This document shows positions 62,136-64,000 of a DNA stretch of 64,000 nucleotides, in pieces. Source of the stretch: Octopus bimaculoides (Eukaryota); the NCBI RefSeq assembly GCF_001194135.2, contig NC_068981.1, positions 192,661,854-192,725,853 on the forward strand, read 5' to 3'. Below the pieces are notes generated by a model, which saw nothing but the letters and a program-made list of their open reading frames with translations, made no database searches and was not told the DNA's origin. How positions within the stretch are numbered: the first letter of the stretch is position 1; every line of letters starts with the position of its first letter. Made by a program: the position numbers and the translations under genes.

Positions 62136-62265
62136 CATGGTCCTTTTTTTTAGGACCAGAAAGATAATCTATCATATTTCTGCAACACCTGTATTTTTCT
62201 GAGATATCTTTAGTTAGTCATCAAGACTGGAGTGTCTTTCAAATATTACTCCAATAGTCTGATGT

Positions 62266-62830
62266 CATCATCATCATCGTTTAATGTCCGCTTTCCTTGC
62301 TGGTATGGGTTGGATGGTTTGACTTAGGACTGGTGAGCCAGAAGGCTGCACCAGGCTCCAATCTGATCTGACAAAGTTTCTACGGCTGGATGCCCTTTTC
62401 TAACGCCAACCACTCTGAGAGTGTAGTGGGTGCTTTTTATGTGATACTGGCACAAGGGCCAGTCAGGGGGTACTGGCAACGACCACGCTCAAAATTTGTT
62501 TTTTACATGCCACCTGCACGGAAGCCAGTCCAGCAGAACTTGCAACGACCTCGCTTGAATGTTGTTTTTCATGTGCCACCGGCACATGTGCCAGTAAGGT
62601 GACACTGGTAACAATCACGATCGAATGGTGCTTTTAACGTTCCACTGACATGAGTGCCAATCAGGCGGTACTGTTATTGGTCACGTCAGCGATTTCGATT
62701 TCACTTGCCTCAACAGGTCTTTGCAAGCAAAGTTTATTGTCCAATGAATGAAGGGTACTCATAAGTGGGCTGGTTATACACCACTGGCATAGGCCACGGG
62801 TTATGGTCTCACTTGGCTTGTCAGGTCTTG
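62266..62830 (-). mobile_element. Long SINE family A copy with ~4-5 internal units and 5' extension
   Basis: Same architecture as 13010-13710. Confidence 0.9.
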
Positions 62831-63112
62831 TAATACTGATGTCTCAGTTTTCAGTACAGTGTGAAAATCTTGAGGGAAAGGATACACTCAGTTTCATCTA
62901 TTCAATCAAAAATTTTTTGGTAAGTGGTACTTATATCCAACCCATATTTGTATATAGTACAAATAATTGCTCGAACTGACCTATAAAGTCAAGAAAATCT
63001 TTTCAAGTAATTTTGGTATCAGATAAAGTTGTATAAAAAAAAGATTCTTGGTAATAAATTAAAGAAAAAAAATTTGGGCACTAATGGGTTAAATGCAAAA
63101 GGGTTAAATATA

Positions 63113-63465
63113 GATGTAGGAGTGGCTGTGTGGTAAGTAGCTTGCTTACGAATTGCATGGTTCCGGGTTCAGTCTCACTGCGTGACACTTTGGGCAAGTG
63201 TCTTCTACTATAGTGGATTTGGTAGACGGAAACTGAAAGAAGCCCGTTGTATATATATGTATATGTATGTATAAGTATGTGTGTGTGTATGCTTCTTGAC
63301 AACCGATGCTGGTATGTTTATGTCTCCATTACTTAGTGATTCGGCAAAAGAGAGCGATAGAATAAGTACTAAGCTTACAAAGAATAAGTCCTGGGGTCGA
63401 TTTGCTCGACTAAAAAGCAGTGCTCCACCATGGCCACAGTCAAATGACTGAAACAAGTAAAAGAG
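63113..63465 (+). mobile_element. SINE family B
   Basis: aggagtggctgtgtggtaagtagcttgc...gaaacaagtaaaagag. Confidence 0.9.
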
Positions 63466-63538
63466 TATACTAAAAAACAGGACAGTCGTGGTTGGGATGA
63501 TCATGTCTGCTGAAGCAGGGCTGATCAAGGGTTAAAAC

Positions 63539-63569
<31 letters not shown>

Positions 63570-63628
63570 TAGACTGTCTTATGTGTTAAGAAGATGTCTT
63601 CATCAGTTGATGTCATTTTGACTTGCAG

Positions 63629-63811
63629 TGAAAGATTTCAACAAAAATACTTTAAATGCTGTTTGCAACAGTTTTGGACGGGTAACATATTTTCGAGTAA
63701 CAGATACTTTTATCTTCTTTAGCTGATGGTGAGATATAACTTTTCTCATTATCCTTGGATATTTTTAGATGAAATAAACCTCATCTTCTGTAGCTTGTCT
63801 AGTGTAACTAG
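63629..63811 (+). CDS. Two candidate small exons (63629-63681 and 63769-63811)
   Basis: cttgcag / GTAACA and tttttag / GTATTG sites with an 87-nt intron; phase-compatible with the 61647 exon (ERFQQKYFKCCLQQFWT-D-EINLIFCSLSSVT). Confidence 0.2.
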
Positions 63812-64000
63812 GTATTGAGTGTCTATATTGTAGACAATTCCAGCTGCTAGGCTCATGGTACTTTTCAAGATTGGTCATGAAACCAATTTGCTGTATTGTT
63901 TTGTATATTATAGATAAATTCAACTGCTGAGTTCATGTACTCTTGGGTGTTGGTTATGAAAATGATCTGCTGCCCGAAACCAAACCACGTGGTTGGGAAG

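Overview
AT-rich, repeat-saturated eukaryotic (animal) genomic DNA from a draft assembly, with 13 N-gaps totalling ~3.8 kb. The SINE families and microsatellite style look like octopus; that is my inference from recognition, not a database hit. Most of the window is decayed mobile DNA: several tRNA-headed SINE families (my labels A-F), Tc1/mariner remnants, piggyBac-type TTAA MITEs, LINE fragments (Tx1/L1, RTE, RLE-type) and microsatellites. No intact transposase or RT is present, and there is no rRNA, bona fide tRNA or CRISPR array. Almost all ORFs in the supplied track are microsatellite, N-gap or SINE artefacts. Host genes can only be inferred from splice signals: a probable terminal exon of a PH-domain protein at 285-337 (+), tentative minus-strand terminal exons at 8.2-9.1 kb, and tentative plus-strand exons at 59-64 kb. 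A CpG-retaining block at ~37-42 kb may be a divergent promoter. The most unusual items are two Penelope-type minimal hammerhead-ribozyme motifs (45449-45484 and 50049-50091, minus strand). The second lies in the tail of a head-to-head palindromic element with twin tRNA-like Pol III heads (49971-50349). SINE and TE boundaries are approximate (+/- 10-20 bp).
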